Below are positions 7,418-16,297 of a DNA stretch of 61,714 bases, piece after piece. The notes below the pieces were generated by a model. That model saw nothing but the letters and a program-made list of their open reading frames with translations, did not search any database and was not told the DNA's origin. The position numbers and the translations under genes are program-made. The DNA is from a virus (lineage: Duplodnaviria > Caudoviricetes). The first letter of the stretch is position 1; every line of letters starts with the position of its first letter. The stretch covers positions 1 to 61,714 of the IMG/VR virus record IMGVR_UViG_3300032213_001078, one strand, 5' to 3'.

Positions 7418-8578
7418 ATGAAGAATAACTTCGACTTAAAAGGCTACATGAAGAGCAATCAAGTTGGATCTTACCAACAGCTTAACGAAATGTGGTATCA
7501 AGACATCCAACCTATAGGTGACAATTTCACCGAGGCCGTGGTAATAGATTCACTTAACGAAGAGGAAGAGGAATTAGACGAGAAAGGCGACGTTAAATCT
7601 TTAGGCGACGCTGGTAAAATGGCTCACGCTAACACTCGTACTAATTTGGGTCGTCATCGTTCTAGCGATACTTTAGACAAACAAGTAGCTAAAGATCACG
7701 ACAAGAAAACTGTGGTTGGTGCTAAAGCTGCGGCTTACAAGGCTCCACACATGAAAGAAGAAGAAACAGCAGACGATATTTTTGCTGGATCTGACACTGC
7801 AGATTGGAACGGTAAAGCAGAGAGAATGGATTGGGAAAAAGATTTAGTAGGTAAAGAAGTTGGTAACTGGAAATCCGATATCGAACAACAAGCTGGATCG
7901 ATCTCTTGGACTAGCGAAAAATACCCTAACGCAATCATATACGCTACACCAGGTTGGGAAGGAGTTGACGGTATCGCAGTTGAAGTTCACGAATCAGAAG
8001 AAGGATTTATGGACGAACCAAAACTACAAAAAGTAGTTGCAGCTGGTACAGATCTTTGGAAAACAAAAGAAGGTTATTTAGCTTTAATGGCGAAAATATT
8101 CACTACGTTAGAAAAAATGCTTACACCTGCTGAAGAAATTGCTGAAGATCATGGCACACAAATCAACCACGATTTTAACGACGATATTTCTACAGATCAC
8201 ACAGAGCCGGAACACATGGTTCAAAACGAAGGAGTGCAAGATTGGAATCACACTTGGGAAGAAGACATTGCAGATCTATTAGATGATGGCGTAAGCAAAC
8301 CTGAAATACTAACTCACTTTAAAGATATCTTAAAAAATGCCGATTCTCGTATGGAGGAATCTATCGAAGACGAAGATCCATTCGGTTCTATCAAAACGGG
8401 TATCGATAAGATTACTCAAGGCGATAACGATATGGATATGAGCGACGACGATAGAATGATGAGTTTAGGTGGAGATAGAATAAAAGCAGGTATCGAAAGC
8501 TTAATGGCTGACGGATTCGACTACAGAGAGATCTTGCAGTTCGTTAAAGATACAATCGCAGCTAAGAGAAATTTTTAA
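7418..8578 (+). CDS. acidic modular protein, probable internal head protein
   Basis: Late motif; repeated h-x-E sites (LNE, LDE, IAE, MEE); internal repeat I..L..DG....EIL...KD. Confidence 0.55.
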   Translation: MKNNFDLKGYMKSNQVGSYQQLNEMWYQDIQPIGDNFTEAVVIDSLNEEEEELDEKGDVKSLGDAGKMAHANTRTNLGRHRSSDTLDKQVAKDHDKKTVVGAKAAAYKAPHMKEEETADDIFAGSDTADWNGKAERMDWEKDLVGKEVGNWKSDIEQQAGSISWTSEKYPNAIIYATPGWEGVDGIAVEVHESEEGFMDEPKLQKVVAAGTDLWKTKEGYLALMAKIFTTLEKMLTPAEEIAEDHGTQINHDFNDDISTDHTEPEHMVQNEGVQDWNHTWEEDIADLLDDGVSKPEILTHFKDILKNADSRMEESIEDEDPFGSIKTGIDKITQGDNDMDMSDDDRMMSLGGDRIKAGIESLMADGFDYREILQFVKDTIAAKRNF

Positions 8579-8596
8579 TAACAAAAAAAGTAAGTT

Positions 8597-8767
8597 ATGC
8601 AAGTTTTGATAGTAGAAGAGATGGACGAACAAGCGATAGAATGTGACGAAATAAAACTAGTAGCATTCAGACCAAAAATGAGAGCGCTCTGTTTCGAAGA
8701 AGACACTCAGTTCGAAGAAGCTAAAAAGAGATTAAAAGATTTGGGTATCAAATTTGAATTACTATAA
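8597..8767 (+). CDS. hypothetical protein (56 aa, not in ORF track)
   Basis: MQVLIVEEMDEQ...LGIKFELL with AAGTTATG leader. Confidence 0.6.
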   Translation: MQVLIVEEMDEQAIECDEIKLVAFRPKMRALCFEEDTQFEEAKKRLKDLGIKFELL

Positions 8768-8770
8768 GAG

Positions 8771-8793
8771 TAGGGGCCCCAGCCCCTATTTCT
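8771..8793 (+). terminator. terminator-like hairpin
   Basis: TAGGGGC-CCCA-GCCCCTA followed by TTTCT. Confidence 0.55.
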
Positions 8794-8836
8794 ATGTTAC
8801 TAGGAACTTAAACGAATAGATTTGATAGATTTTTCG

Positions 8837-8844
8837 TATATTTG
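8837..8844 (+). promoter_or_regulatory. Bacteroidota-type -7 promoter element TAnnTTTG
   Basis: TATATTTG 15 nt upstream of ATG 8860. Confidence 0.55.
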
Positions 8845-8859
8845 ATTACAATAAAAGTT

Positions 8860-9636
8860 ATGAGATTACAAACATCACCCTACCTCACTAGACAGGAAGA
8901 GTACAGAGACGACCCATGGAAAATGTTAATGGTCTGTTTCATGCTAAATCAAACACATCATAGACAAGTAGACGAAGTTAGAGAACACTTCTTTAACAAA
9001 TGCGGTACAGCAGAACGTTTAATCGATTGTCCGGACGCAGAGATCATAGAGATAATCAAGCCTTTAGGTTTTTATAACAAAAGAGTAAAAGCTTGGAAAC
9101 AGTTCTCTTATGAGTGGTTGGAGTTAGTACAAGAGTATGGCAATCCTATCTATATTCCTACTCACAAACTAATTGGACTTAAAGGAGTTGGTAAGTACGC
9201 AATAGATTCGTGGAGAATATTTCAGTGTAACGAATACGACGACGTAGATCCTGATGATCATGTACTAAACTTCTATGTTGAGTGGGCAAGAGCAGAAAAA
9301 GAGAGAATACTTCGAGAGCAGAACGATGCAAAACCAATGACAGTTTACTACGCACACTACACTAATTCAAGAGAAGAGCAACCTAATTGGAATAGATTAC
9401 AAGATTATGTTTGCTGTGTTATGGCAAGAACTCAAGACGAAGCCATAGAAAAAACTAAACGTATTGCATTAAAAAGAGATGGTGCAGTACACATTAAAAT
9501 TGCAGGTATCGGATTCGGTAGACAGGAGTGGGTAGATGAAGAGAAGTGGTTAGAGACAGACCCAGAATATTATCACATACACACCGAAGCTATGTGGAAG
9601 AGAATGGAAACAAGAAGAATACTAGAAAATAAATAA
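8860..9636 (+). CDS. MBD4-like HhH-GPD DNA glycosylase with extra C-terminal domain
   Basis: DPWKMLMVCFMLNQT, KPLGFYNKR, HhH LKGVGKYAIDSWRIF, VDPDDHVL with catalytic Asp; ATG 8860 preferred to TTG 8842. Confidence 0.85.
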   Translation: MRLQTSPYLTRQEEYRDDPWKMLMVCFMLNQTHHRQVDEVREHFFNKCGTAERLIDCPDAEIIEIIKPLGFYNKRVKAWKQFSYEWLELVQEYGNPIYIPTHKLIGLKGVGKYAIDSWRIFQCNEYDDVDPDDHVLNFYVEWARAEKERILREQNDAKPMTVYYAHYTNSREEQPNWNRLQDYVCCVMARTQDEAIEKTKRIALKRDGAVHIKIAGIGFGRQEWVDEEKWLETDPEYYHIHTEAMWKRMETRRILENK

Positions 9637-9637
9637 C

Positions 9638-10807
9638 ATGATTACAGCAAACCCAAAGTGGATTACAACCACACCGTACTACGAAGAATTTTTACGCTAT
9701 TATCAAATGGCTAAAACACAACAAGAAGAGTGTAACTTAGGAATTATAAAACATGCAGACAGTTCTGTACCTGACGAATTAATGAAACACGTTGAACTAT
9801 ACGACGTGGTTGAAAGAAAGTATGCGGGGTTTTCACAGATTGTTAATGACGTATTTTACGGTTTTTCCGAAGATCACCCTTACTGGAATAAAATGACTCA
9901 AGGTCACATGACAAAACAGAGAGAAACCGTTTCTAAAAATTGGACAGGTAAGCGCGACGTGTTCGGTTTAAGAGAGTGGATCTATTTGTTCTTGTTTCAC
10001 AGATTAACAGGATCTGCTATTAACTATTCGATGAAACCTTCAGGGTATCACAATACGCTTCTGTTCGAGATGCATCAAGCTGACAATATACCTCAGCTAA
10101 TCGACATCATAAAAGGAGCAACTAAACCATTTTACACATCGGTAGGTTATCAGTTCCCAAGTTTCCCTAAACCTCAAGGCAATTACAAACGTGGAGGAGA
10201 TTATTTCCTTTGCGAATTCGTTCCTCAGTTAGCAGAAGACGTAGCTACCTTCTTAGAAACTGGTGGAAAGAAAAACTTGAGAGAAGTAGGAGACTTTATG
10301 TTTAAGTGGAACGCAGACAGAGGACTAAGAGCTTTTAGATTTCAGTACGCTGCATTTATTGCTGACATAGCCGATTGGTTCCCTGAATTTGTTAATCGTG
10401 AAAGTCCATTCTATTACGGTACGAATGCAAAGGAGTGCGTTAGCTATTTAGCAAAGAAGTCTACGAAAATGCCAGAAGAAGTATTTTTGGATTCGGTTAT
10501 GATGAAGATATACGACGACACTGGTAGTTTTCCGTATAACGCTGAGGACGTTGCGTGTGACTCAATTAGATGGATTGAGAACTACGTAAAACCAGGAGCG
10601 GATTACGATCACTTAGATTTCGATCATGTATGGAACAGCAGCAGTATTAAAGACCATCCATACGGTCGTCAGAAAGCAATGTTAGATCTTGGTCTTGTCC
10701 CAAGCTTTAACGGTATTACAGAACACCCTTCCGATGACAAGGTACTTAAATCACTTCTTATAACAGAAGAGCAATACAAGGAAAGGGTACAAGAACATTA
10801 TAAATGA
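9638..10807 (+). CDS. putative DNA base-hypermodification enzyme (aGPT-PPlase / amino acid:DNA transferase-like)
   Basis: FQYAAFIADIADWFP...YYGTNA and NAEDVACDSIRW resemble the G-x-G-A and E-x-x-x-C motifs of this HhH-derived group; paralogous to 11298. Confidence 0.5.
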   Translation: MITANPKWITTTPYYEEFLRYYQMAKTQQEECNLGIIKHADSSVPDELMKHVELYDVVERKYAGFSQIVNDVFYGFSEDHPYWNKMTQGHMTKQRETVSKNWTGKRDVFGLREWIYLFLFHRLTGSAINYSMKPSGYHNTLLFEMHQADNIPQLIDIIKGATKPFYTSVGYQFPSFPKPQGNYKRGGDYFLCEFVPQLAEDVATFLETGGKKNLREVGDFMFKWNADRGLRAFRFQYAAFIADIADWFPEFVNRESPFYYGTNAKECVSYLAKKSTKMPEEVFLDSVMMKIYDDTGSFPYNAEDVACDSIRWIENYVKPGADYDHLDFDHVWNSSSIKDHPYGRQKAMLDLGLVPSFNGITEHPSDDKVLKSLLITEEQYKERVQEHYK

Positions 10808-11298
10808 AACAAACAACACAACGCGATTTTAAAATAAAAGCCACAGGCAATATCGCAGAGAAAATAGTGTACAACCACTTTTCAAAAAAACATCAAGTAG
10901 AAATTAACACAGACGAATTCGGTTATTGGGACATGAAAATTGACGGAGCTACTGTGCAAGTAAAAGCAATTACTCCGTTCGTTAAATTCGACTGTTGGGC
11001 AATTAATGCAGGTAAAACAACACAGAATCTAAACAACATATTCAAGTGCGATAAGTTCTACATCTTATCTTTGCCTTCTAAAGTACCACACGAATTCGAT
11101 GGTTATGTATTAGAGGTAGATCCTAAAGAGTGTATGACTAAAGTATTAGAAGGCTCTTTCAACCCAGAGAAAAAACTTTCTTTGATTATTCCTAGAAACC
11201 CAGCTTACGTGAAAAAGCTTTTTAAAATATCAAAAGAAGAAGAGAAGAATATTTTAGAACACGGTACATCAACATTCAGAAAGAAAAATATAAAATAA
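10804..11298 (+). CDS. PD-(D/E)xK restriction-endonuclease-like protein
   Basis: GNIAEKIV helix, then YWDMKIDG.TVQVKA (D...Q-x-K); overlaps both neighbours. Confidence 0.65.
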   Translation: MKQTTQRDFKIKATGNIAEKIVYNHFSKKHQVEINTDEFGYWDMKIDGATVQVKAITPFVKFDCWAINAGKTTQNLNNIFKCDKFYILSLPSKVPHEFDGYVLEVDPKECMTKVLEGSFNPEKKLSLIIPRNPAYVKKLFKISKEEEKNILEHGTSTFRKKNIK

Positions 11299-12302
11299 TG
11301 AGTGACATTTTATTTCCAAACACTTGCGAAGTAGAATTCAAAGGCAAGAAACCAAAAGACTCTTGGATGCGAGATTGGCCATTAGAGCAACGCATTGAAA
11401 AGTTCTTTGAGTTCTGCCAAAAATACGACACAAGACAAGACGCTTTATTAAAGGACGAGTATCAGATCTTCTCTCATCGCTTACATTGGCACGAACATCC
11501 TTATTGCTATTACATGAGAGATAATGTTACTGATAACGAACTAAGAATGTTTTACACTCTAGTGTTTAGTTTTAGTAACGAGCATTGGGGAACTTTTATG
11601 AAACTTGCAAAAGAAGGCGAAGAAGCAACCAAAGAACACTTCGTTAATAATCGTCATGCTAGAAATGATCTATTTCAGATCTACTACCCAAAAGGTACAG
11701 ACGTTAAGAGTTGGTTATTACACGGACCTAAATTTGCAGGCAGAGATTTAGCATATCTTTTACAAGACGTTGAAGATGGTAAACGCGGACCTTACACAAT
11801 GATGGAGTTCGCTAAGAAGTTAGAGTCTTACTTTAAAGAGCATCAAAACTTTAGAAGTCCTTTGTATCCATGTAAGAACACTGCAAGATACATCGCAATG
11901 AGTTATCCACATTTGGTAGATCCTGAGTCTATTCTATTCGGTGGAACTGGACACTTCGATGGATTGCACCAGATATTCGGTGGTCAGAATCTAAACGGTA
12001 AAGTTAAGTATACTATTAACGAAGCTGGAGCATTCATTCCTGAGAACAAACAGGCTGAGCAATGGTTATATCAGATGGATCTATTAGTGAATCACCCTTC
12101 TAATCCCATGACTTCCCAGAAGTATCTGAACATTGAAGACAAGACGTGTTTCTTTTGGAAGCACATCGCAATCTCTCATGGTGAAAAGAAACCGACCAAG
12201 AATATACCTTACACTTGGATTTTCCCAGACAATTTCAGTTTGGCAAAAGAAGGTCAAGAGGAGTTTTTAGAAGGAATACAGCACAGAAGTCTAATGTATT
12301 AG
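11298..12302 (+). CDS. second putative base-hypermodification enzyme (aGPT-PPlase-like)
   Basis: FFEFC...D.LL..YQIFSHR, FGGTGHFDGLHQIF, NIEDKTCFFWKH. Confidence 0.5.
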   Translation: MSDILFPNTCEVEFKGKKPKDSWMRDWPLEQRIEKFFEFCQKYDTRQDALLKDEYQIFSHRLHWHEHPYCYYMRDNVTDNELRMFYTLVFSFSNEHWGTFMKLAKEGEEATKEHFVNNRHARNDLFQIYYPKGTDVKSWLLHGPKFAGRDLAYLLQDVEDGKRGPYTMMEFAKKLESYFKEHQNFRSPLYPCKNTARYIAMSYPHLVDPESILFGGTGHFDGLHQIFGGQNLNGKVKYTINEAGAFIPENKQAEQWLYQMDLLVNHPSNPMTSQKYLNIEDKTCFFWKHIAISHGEKKPTKNIPYTWIFPDNFSLAKEGQEEFLEGIQHRSLMY

Positions 12303-12324
12303 GATCATATAGTTAGTAAATAAG

Positions 12325-12356
12325 AAAGGGAGCTCATTTGGGCTCCCTTTTATTTT
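12325..12356. terminator. bidirectional intrinsic terminator between convergent blocks
   Basis: AAAGGGAGC-TCATTTGG-GCTCCCTTT-TATTTT. Confidence 0.85.
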
Positions 12357-12379
12357 GTCTTAATATTCTATCGTAAATC

Positions 12380-12853
12380 TTATTCCTCTTCGGCCTCGAG
12401 CTCGGGTGTGATTGGATTGACATCCCTGCGATACCATTTGCCTGCTATATTCTCGTTATAGCTTTCTACCTCTAAAACTCTTAGAGTCATTTGATAATAG
12501 GTCTCCCAATAGCTCATCTGTTTCTTCGTGGTGCAAACTCTTAATATATCTCTAGTGAATGCTTCTTTGCCGAATACTTTGATATCCTCTGTGATTAACT
12601 TACTAGAGCCATAATAGTCTGCCCAATTGCTTTCTTTGATCTCTTTTCTTTTCTTTGGGATACGTCCTGGTTTAATCCACTCTGAAATCTCTTTCTTTGT
12701 TAGAATTTTTGTTAGTACGTTTCTAAGGATTTTTTTACCGACGTAGAATTTGCCGGTTTTATTGTTTGTGACTTTGTAGACAAATCCTACAACATCATCT
12801 GGGAAATCTTTTAGTTGAGTAAGCTGTTTCCCTTCATATAACCAATTTGACAT
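12380..12853 (-). CDS. GIY-YIG family protein of T4-like phages
   Basis: GFVYKVTN..TGKFYVGKK, ESNWADYYGS, YNENIAG. Confidence 0.8.
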   Translation of the reverse strand: MSNWLYEGKQLTQLKDFPDDVVGFVYKVTNNKTGKFYVGKKILRNVLTKILTKKEISEWIKPGRIPKKRKEIKESNWADYYGSSKLITEDIKVFGKEAFTRDILRVCTTKKQMSYWETYYQMTLRVLEVESYNENIAGKWYRRDVNPITPELEAEEE

Positions 12854-12864
12854 AGACTATTTTC

Positions 12865-12874
12865 TAATAAATAT
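12865..12874 (-). promoter_or_regulatory. putative late promoter motif
   Basis: ATATTTATTA on the minus strand before ATG 12853. Confidence 0.6.
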
Positions 12875-12875
12875 C

Positions 12876-13181
12876 TTAGCTATCCCAACGAATAACAAAT
12901 ACCATATCTGTATTTGGTGGAACTGGGTAAGGAGTAGATAGTTTACCTACTACTAATAATTCGTCTGCATCATTGTATACTCCTACGGTTGTTACGTAAG
13001 GTCTGAACTCTGAACCTGTTACAGCGTCAATATAAGATCCGCTTGTTCCTGCCTTAATTGCAGACGGGTTAAGCGTATAGTTAAAATCGTTTTCATTCAC
13101 TTGACATCTAACCTCTTTTTGATAGATGGTAGATTCTGCTTCGAATGAAAGAGTAAATGGTTCAAATTGGATAAATGGCAT
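12876..13181 (-). CDS. virion structural protein, stand-alone C-terminal module
   Basis: NYTLNPS and TTVGVYND..ELLVVGKLS.P match the C-terminus of ORF 25134..26195. Confidence 0.75.
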   Translation of the reverse strand: MPFIQFEPFTLSFEAESTIYQKEVRCQVNENDFNYTLNPSAIKAGTSGSYIDAVTGSEFRPYVTTVGVYNDADELLVVGKLSTPYPVPPNTDMVFVIRWDS

Positions 13182-13185
13182 ACTC

Positions 13186-13195
13186 TAATAAATAT
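13186..13195 (-). promoter_or_regulatory. putative late promoter motif
   Basis: ATATTTATTA 4 nt before ATG 13181. Confidence 0.6.
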
Positions 13196-16100
13196 TAGTT
13201 CTCTCGTCTTTCCTCTGGTTTATAGTGAGCGATTCTATTATGGTGAATAGGACTTGCCAATAATACAGATGGTTTTAAATTTCCTTTTTTAGTTTCTTGG
13301 AACATGTAACTCATCCAAGTCTGTTCGTAAGGTCTTTCCCATGTAGTATCTAAGAACATCTTTTGATTGCCTTTCTTTCCGCATATAGTTGGCCAGTTAG
13401 CGTAGTAAACATCTCCAGTAATATAACCTAAACCATCTACGAATTCTATCTTATCGAATACAGTTCTTGGACAATTAGGATCTAATCCATGTTCAGGCAA
13501 TTTATCATAATCAGGATACAACTCTGTTCTTACTGCTTGAGGAATATTGTACCAAGACACTTGAATGTTATTGTCCATATAAACCTCAGTGAAAGATAAT
13601 TTTAAAAAGTCTACATCAGATCCTCCGTGCATTATCTTTAAAATCTTATCGTATAAATTATCTACGCACAATCTAAATCCGTTTCTACAAAATCCAATCT
13701 CTTCTGGTGGGTGAATACCCATATCATCTTCTAAGAATAAGTAATAATCACTATCTGATTCTTGGAAGTGTTTAGCTGCTCTGAATCTACCGCCGTTAAT
13801 TCCCGTATTCTCGTTTGTTATGATATGTTCGAATCCGTATTTCTCACAAAGTTTAGCATTCTCTATTCTTGCTTCTTCGTTAGTAGAGTTATCAATTAAA
13901 ATATTCCTAGTGTTAGTGATAAACTTAGGATGCTTTAACCAAGTTTGAATAGTATGTTCTACTTGATACGGAAAATTAAAGGTCAACATATAGATAGACA
14001 TTTTTAATTTGTCAACGTCTACTATTCTTTTTTGTAATTTAGCTCTACGTTCTGGTATGGCTTCTAATTCTGCGGTATCGTCTAATGCTTTGCTAACAAA
14101 CTCTTGAATGTGTCCGTTAATTCCTATTCTAGTCGCTCTACATAATTCAGGGTATTTTTCTGCTAATATAGAGAATAAGCTTTCTTCTGTACCCATAAGA
14201 CCTTCGTTCAAAGAGTCGTTTAATAAGTGCCAGTAATAAGAATTGACTTCTTTAATAGCTTCTTTGTTTCCACCGAATAATCCTCCTCTACAAATCCACT
14301 CAACAGTTCCACCAGCCATTCTGTTCAATGCATCCCATTCAAATCCGTGTACTTCTTTAACTCCTTGCCCATAATACGGATAAGGATATTGTACGAATAA
14401 GAAAGGATCTAGATATTTTTCTAACTTATCAAAGAATCTTTCTTGGATTAATAAGTTGTAGTTTATAGTGTTTGTAATTCCACCATCTACCCAAACAAAG
14501 TTATCCGATTGAAAAGAATCATATATAGAAGCATCGTGTAATAATGACATCTTTGACATTACGATTGGATTGTACCACTCTAAACTACCTTGTGGAGAAT
14601 CTTTTAACCAACCGGCTCTATTCAACCAATCTTCTGAAGTTCTAATCTCTTGTGCTTTGTCCCAAAAAGGACCAAACATATTTTTAATATCGTCTAATTC
14701 AAAGTATTTAATTGCAGTGTTAGATGTACTTCTTCTTTGCCAAACAAAATCTTCCAATTCTCTTGGTATAAAGATGAACATATTAACATCCACTTTCAAC
14801 AACTTATCGAAACACTCTAAGTAATGATCGAAAGATCTACCAGGTCTACCAATATTCCAAAGACCTGTTACTACAGTTAGTTTATTTTTTTCTTTTTTCC
14901 AATCGTAATTTTCAGGGATTTGTTTTGCAAATGCGATATCAATTGCTTCTACGTCTTGCGCGCCAATTTCGTAAACGTATCCTCCAATTTCTAATTTTTC
15001 TTTTAATGCAGATAACTCTTCTTCAAAAAGATTCATGTGTTCTATTCTAATACACTTAGGTCTGTACTTGGTTAAATCTAATTGTTTAAATATTTCCCAA
15101 TCCATTCCTTCTGTGTCTGTCAAGAACACATCTATTTTTTCTACATTATTATTTTTTAATATAGAATCTAAAGTAAGACACTTTACATTTATTTTTTCTG
15201 AGTAATTGTCTTTTACGAAAATATCTCTGTCATAATCTGATGCGAAACCGTTTCTTGGTGGAAATGCAGTTGCCATTCCTTTATATCCTAGCTGTAAATC
15301 GTATTCTTGTATTTTACTATCAGGAACATACATCATCTCTAAAGTTCCATCGTAATCTGCTACTGCTACATTTTCAAATATGTGATTAGATCGTGTGCTT
15401 AAATTACTTTTTAACTTCTCGTATACTTCAGGTATTGGTTCTACGAATACTCCTCCCCAACTATATCTATCAATATAGCCTCTCATGTCATCGAAAGTAA
15501 TTCCGTCCATTGCTCCCGCTTGAAATACAAATATATCTTTAAAGTTCTGACCTAAATAATGTAAAGCAATCGCTAAAGAATCGTTGTAAGGTTTTTCGTA
15601 TCCAGCTTTTTCTATTGCGCCAATAGGTTGCTCTTCGTACGCAGATACAGACTCTTCATTAAAGTCGGTAATAGAATTTAATTGGCCTTTTCTAGACCCT
15701 GTCTTTTTTATTACTATATAATTTCCATTCCAAAAATATTCATGATCTTTTATTAAAGGAACGATATCTTCTTTTCTGTCAGCAAATAAATTTGTGGCAT
15801 CTCCTCCGCCTCCTAAATCTTCTATAATATAAAAACCACCAAATTTAACTCTTCCGAATAAATTCTTTAATGTTTGCAATTGTGCCTCTGCTTTGTGCAA
15901 TCCGTCGTCTATAATAATATCGTAAGTGTTGGCTTGTAATGCTTGATCTAATTGTTTTTTATCTCTTGAATCGCAAATAAAAGTATTGATTCTGTCTTCT
16001 GAAATTCTACAATCCTCGGCTATATCTAATCCATGTACTTGGGCTTTTGGAAAATAATCTCTCCACACTCTTAAAGATCCGCCTTGTTTGTACTCAGGAT

Positions 16101-16287
16101 AATATAAATTTTGTATTTGTAGAAAGTGACCTTCTACGTTTACATCTAAACTACCCACTCCAACTTCTAATACAGAAGATACTTCTCCTCTAATTTCGTT
16201 AAATAGGAATTCGTACGCTTGAGAGTAACCACTTATTTTTTTATCGGTATAATATTTGTCGATATAAAAATCTAAATTTTTGAACAT
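13195..16287 (-). CDS. four-domain glycan-modifying enzyme: class I SAM methyltransferase + FkbM methyltransferase + HtrL/YibB-like glycosyltransferase + GT-A domain
   Basis: LEVGVG/GGSLRVWRDYFP/DIIIDDGLH/YIIED; QAGAMDG/FVEP/DTEGMD; TVVTGLWNIGR/WVDGG/GGLFGG; YLFLEDD. Confidence 0.75.
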   Translation of the reverse strand: MFKNLDFYIDKYYTDKKISGYSQAYEFLFNEIRGEVSSVLEVGVGSLDVNVEGHFLQIQNLYYPEYKQGGSLRVWRDYFPKAQVHGLDIAEDCRISEDRINTFICDSRDKKQLDQALQANTYDIIIDDGLHKAEAQLQTLKNLFGRVKFGGFYIIEDLGGGGDATNLFADRKEDIVPLIKDHEYFWNGNYIVIKKTGSRKGQLNSITDFNEESVSAYEEQPIGAIEKAGYEKPYNDSLAIALHYLGQNFKDIFVFQAGAMDGITFDDMRGYIDRYSWGGVFVEPIPEVYEKLKSNLSTRSNHIFENVAVADYDGTLEMMYVPDSKIQEYDLQLGYKGMATAFPPRNGFASDYDRDIFVKDNYSEKINVKCLTLDSILKNNNVEKIDVFLTDTEGMDWEIFKQLDLTKYRPKCIRIEHMNLFEEELSALKEKLEIGGYVYEIGAQDVEAIDIAFAKQIPENYDWKKEKNKLTVVTGLWNIGRPGRSFDHYLECFDKLLKVDVNMFIFIPRELEDFVWQRRSTSNTAIKYFELDDIKNMFGPFWDKAQEIRTSEDWLNRAGWLKDSPQGSLEWYNPIVMSKMSLLHDASIYDSFQSDNFVWVDGGITNTINYNLLIQERFFDKLEKYLDPFLFVQYPYPYYGQGVKEVHGFEWDALNRMAGGTVEWICRGGLFGGNKEAIKEVNSYYWHLLNDSLNEGLMGTEESLFSILAEKYPELCRATRIGINGHIQEFVSKALDDTAELEAIPERRAKLQKRIVDVDKLKMSIYMLTFNFPYQVEHTIQTWLKHPKFITNTRNILIDNSTNEEARIENAKLCEKYGFEHIITNENTGINGGRFRAAKHFQESDSDYYLFLEDDMGIHPPEEIGFCRNGFRLCVDNLYDKILKIMHGGSDVDFLKLSFTEVYMDNNIQVSWYNIPQAVRTELYPDYDKLPEHGLDPNCPRTVFDKIEFVDGLGYITGDVYYANWPTICGKKGNQKMFLDTTWERPYEQTWMSYMFQETKKGNLKPSVLLASPIHHNRIAHYKPEERREN

Positions 16288-16297
16288 GTAACTTTTT

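Noticed and set aside
1038-7938. Short minus-strand ORFs (1038, 1513, 2050, 2527, 3577, 4825, 5938, 7046, 7735)
   Set aside because: Antisense to better-supported, tightly packed plus-strand genes; no motifs or leaders
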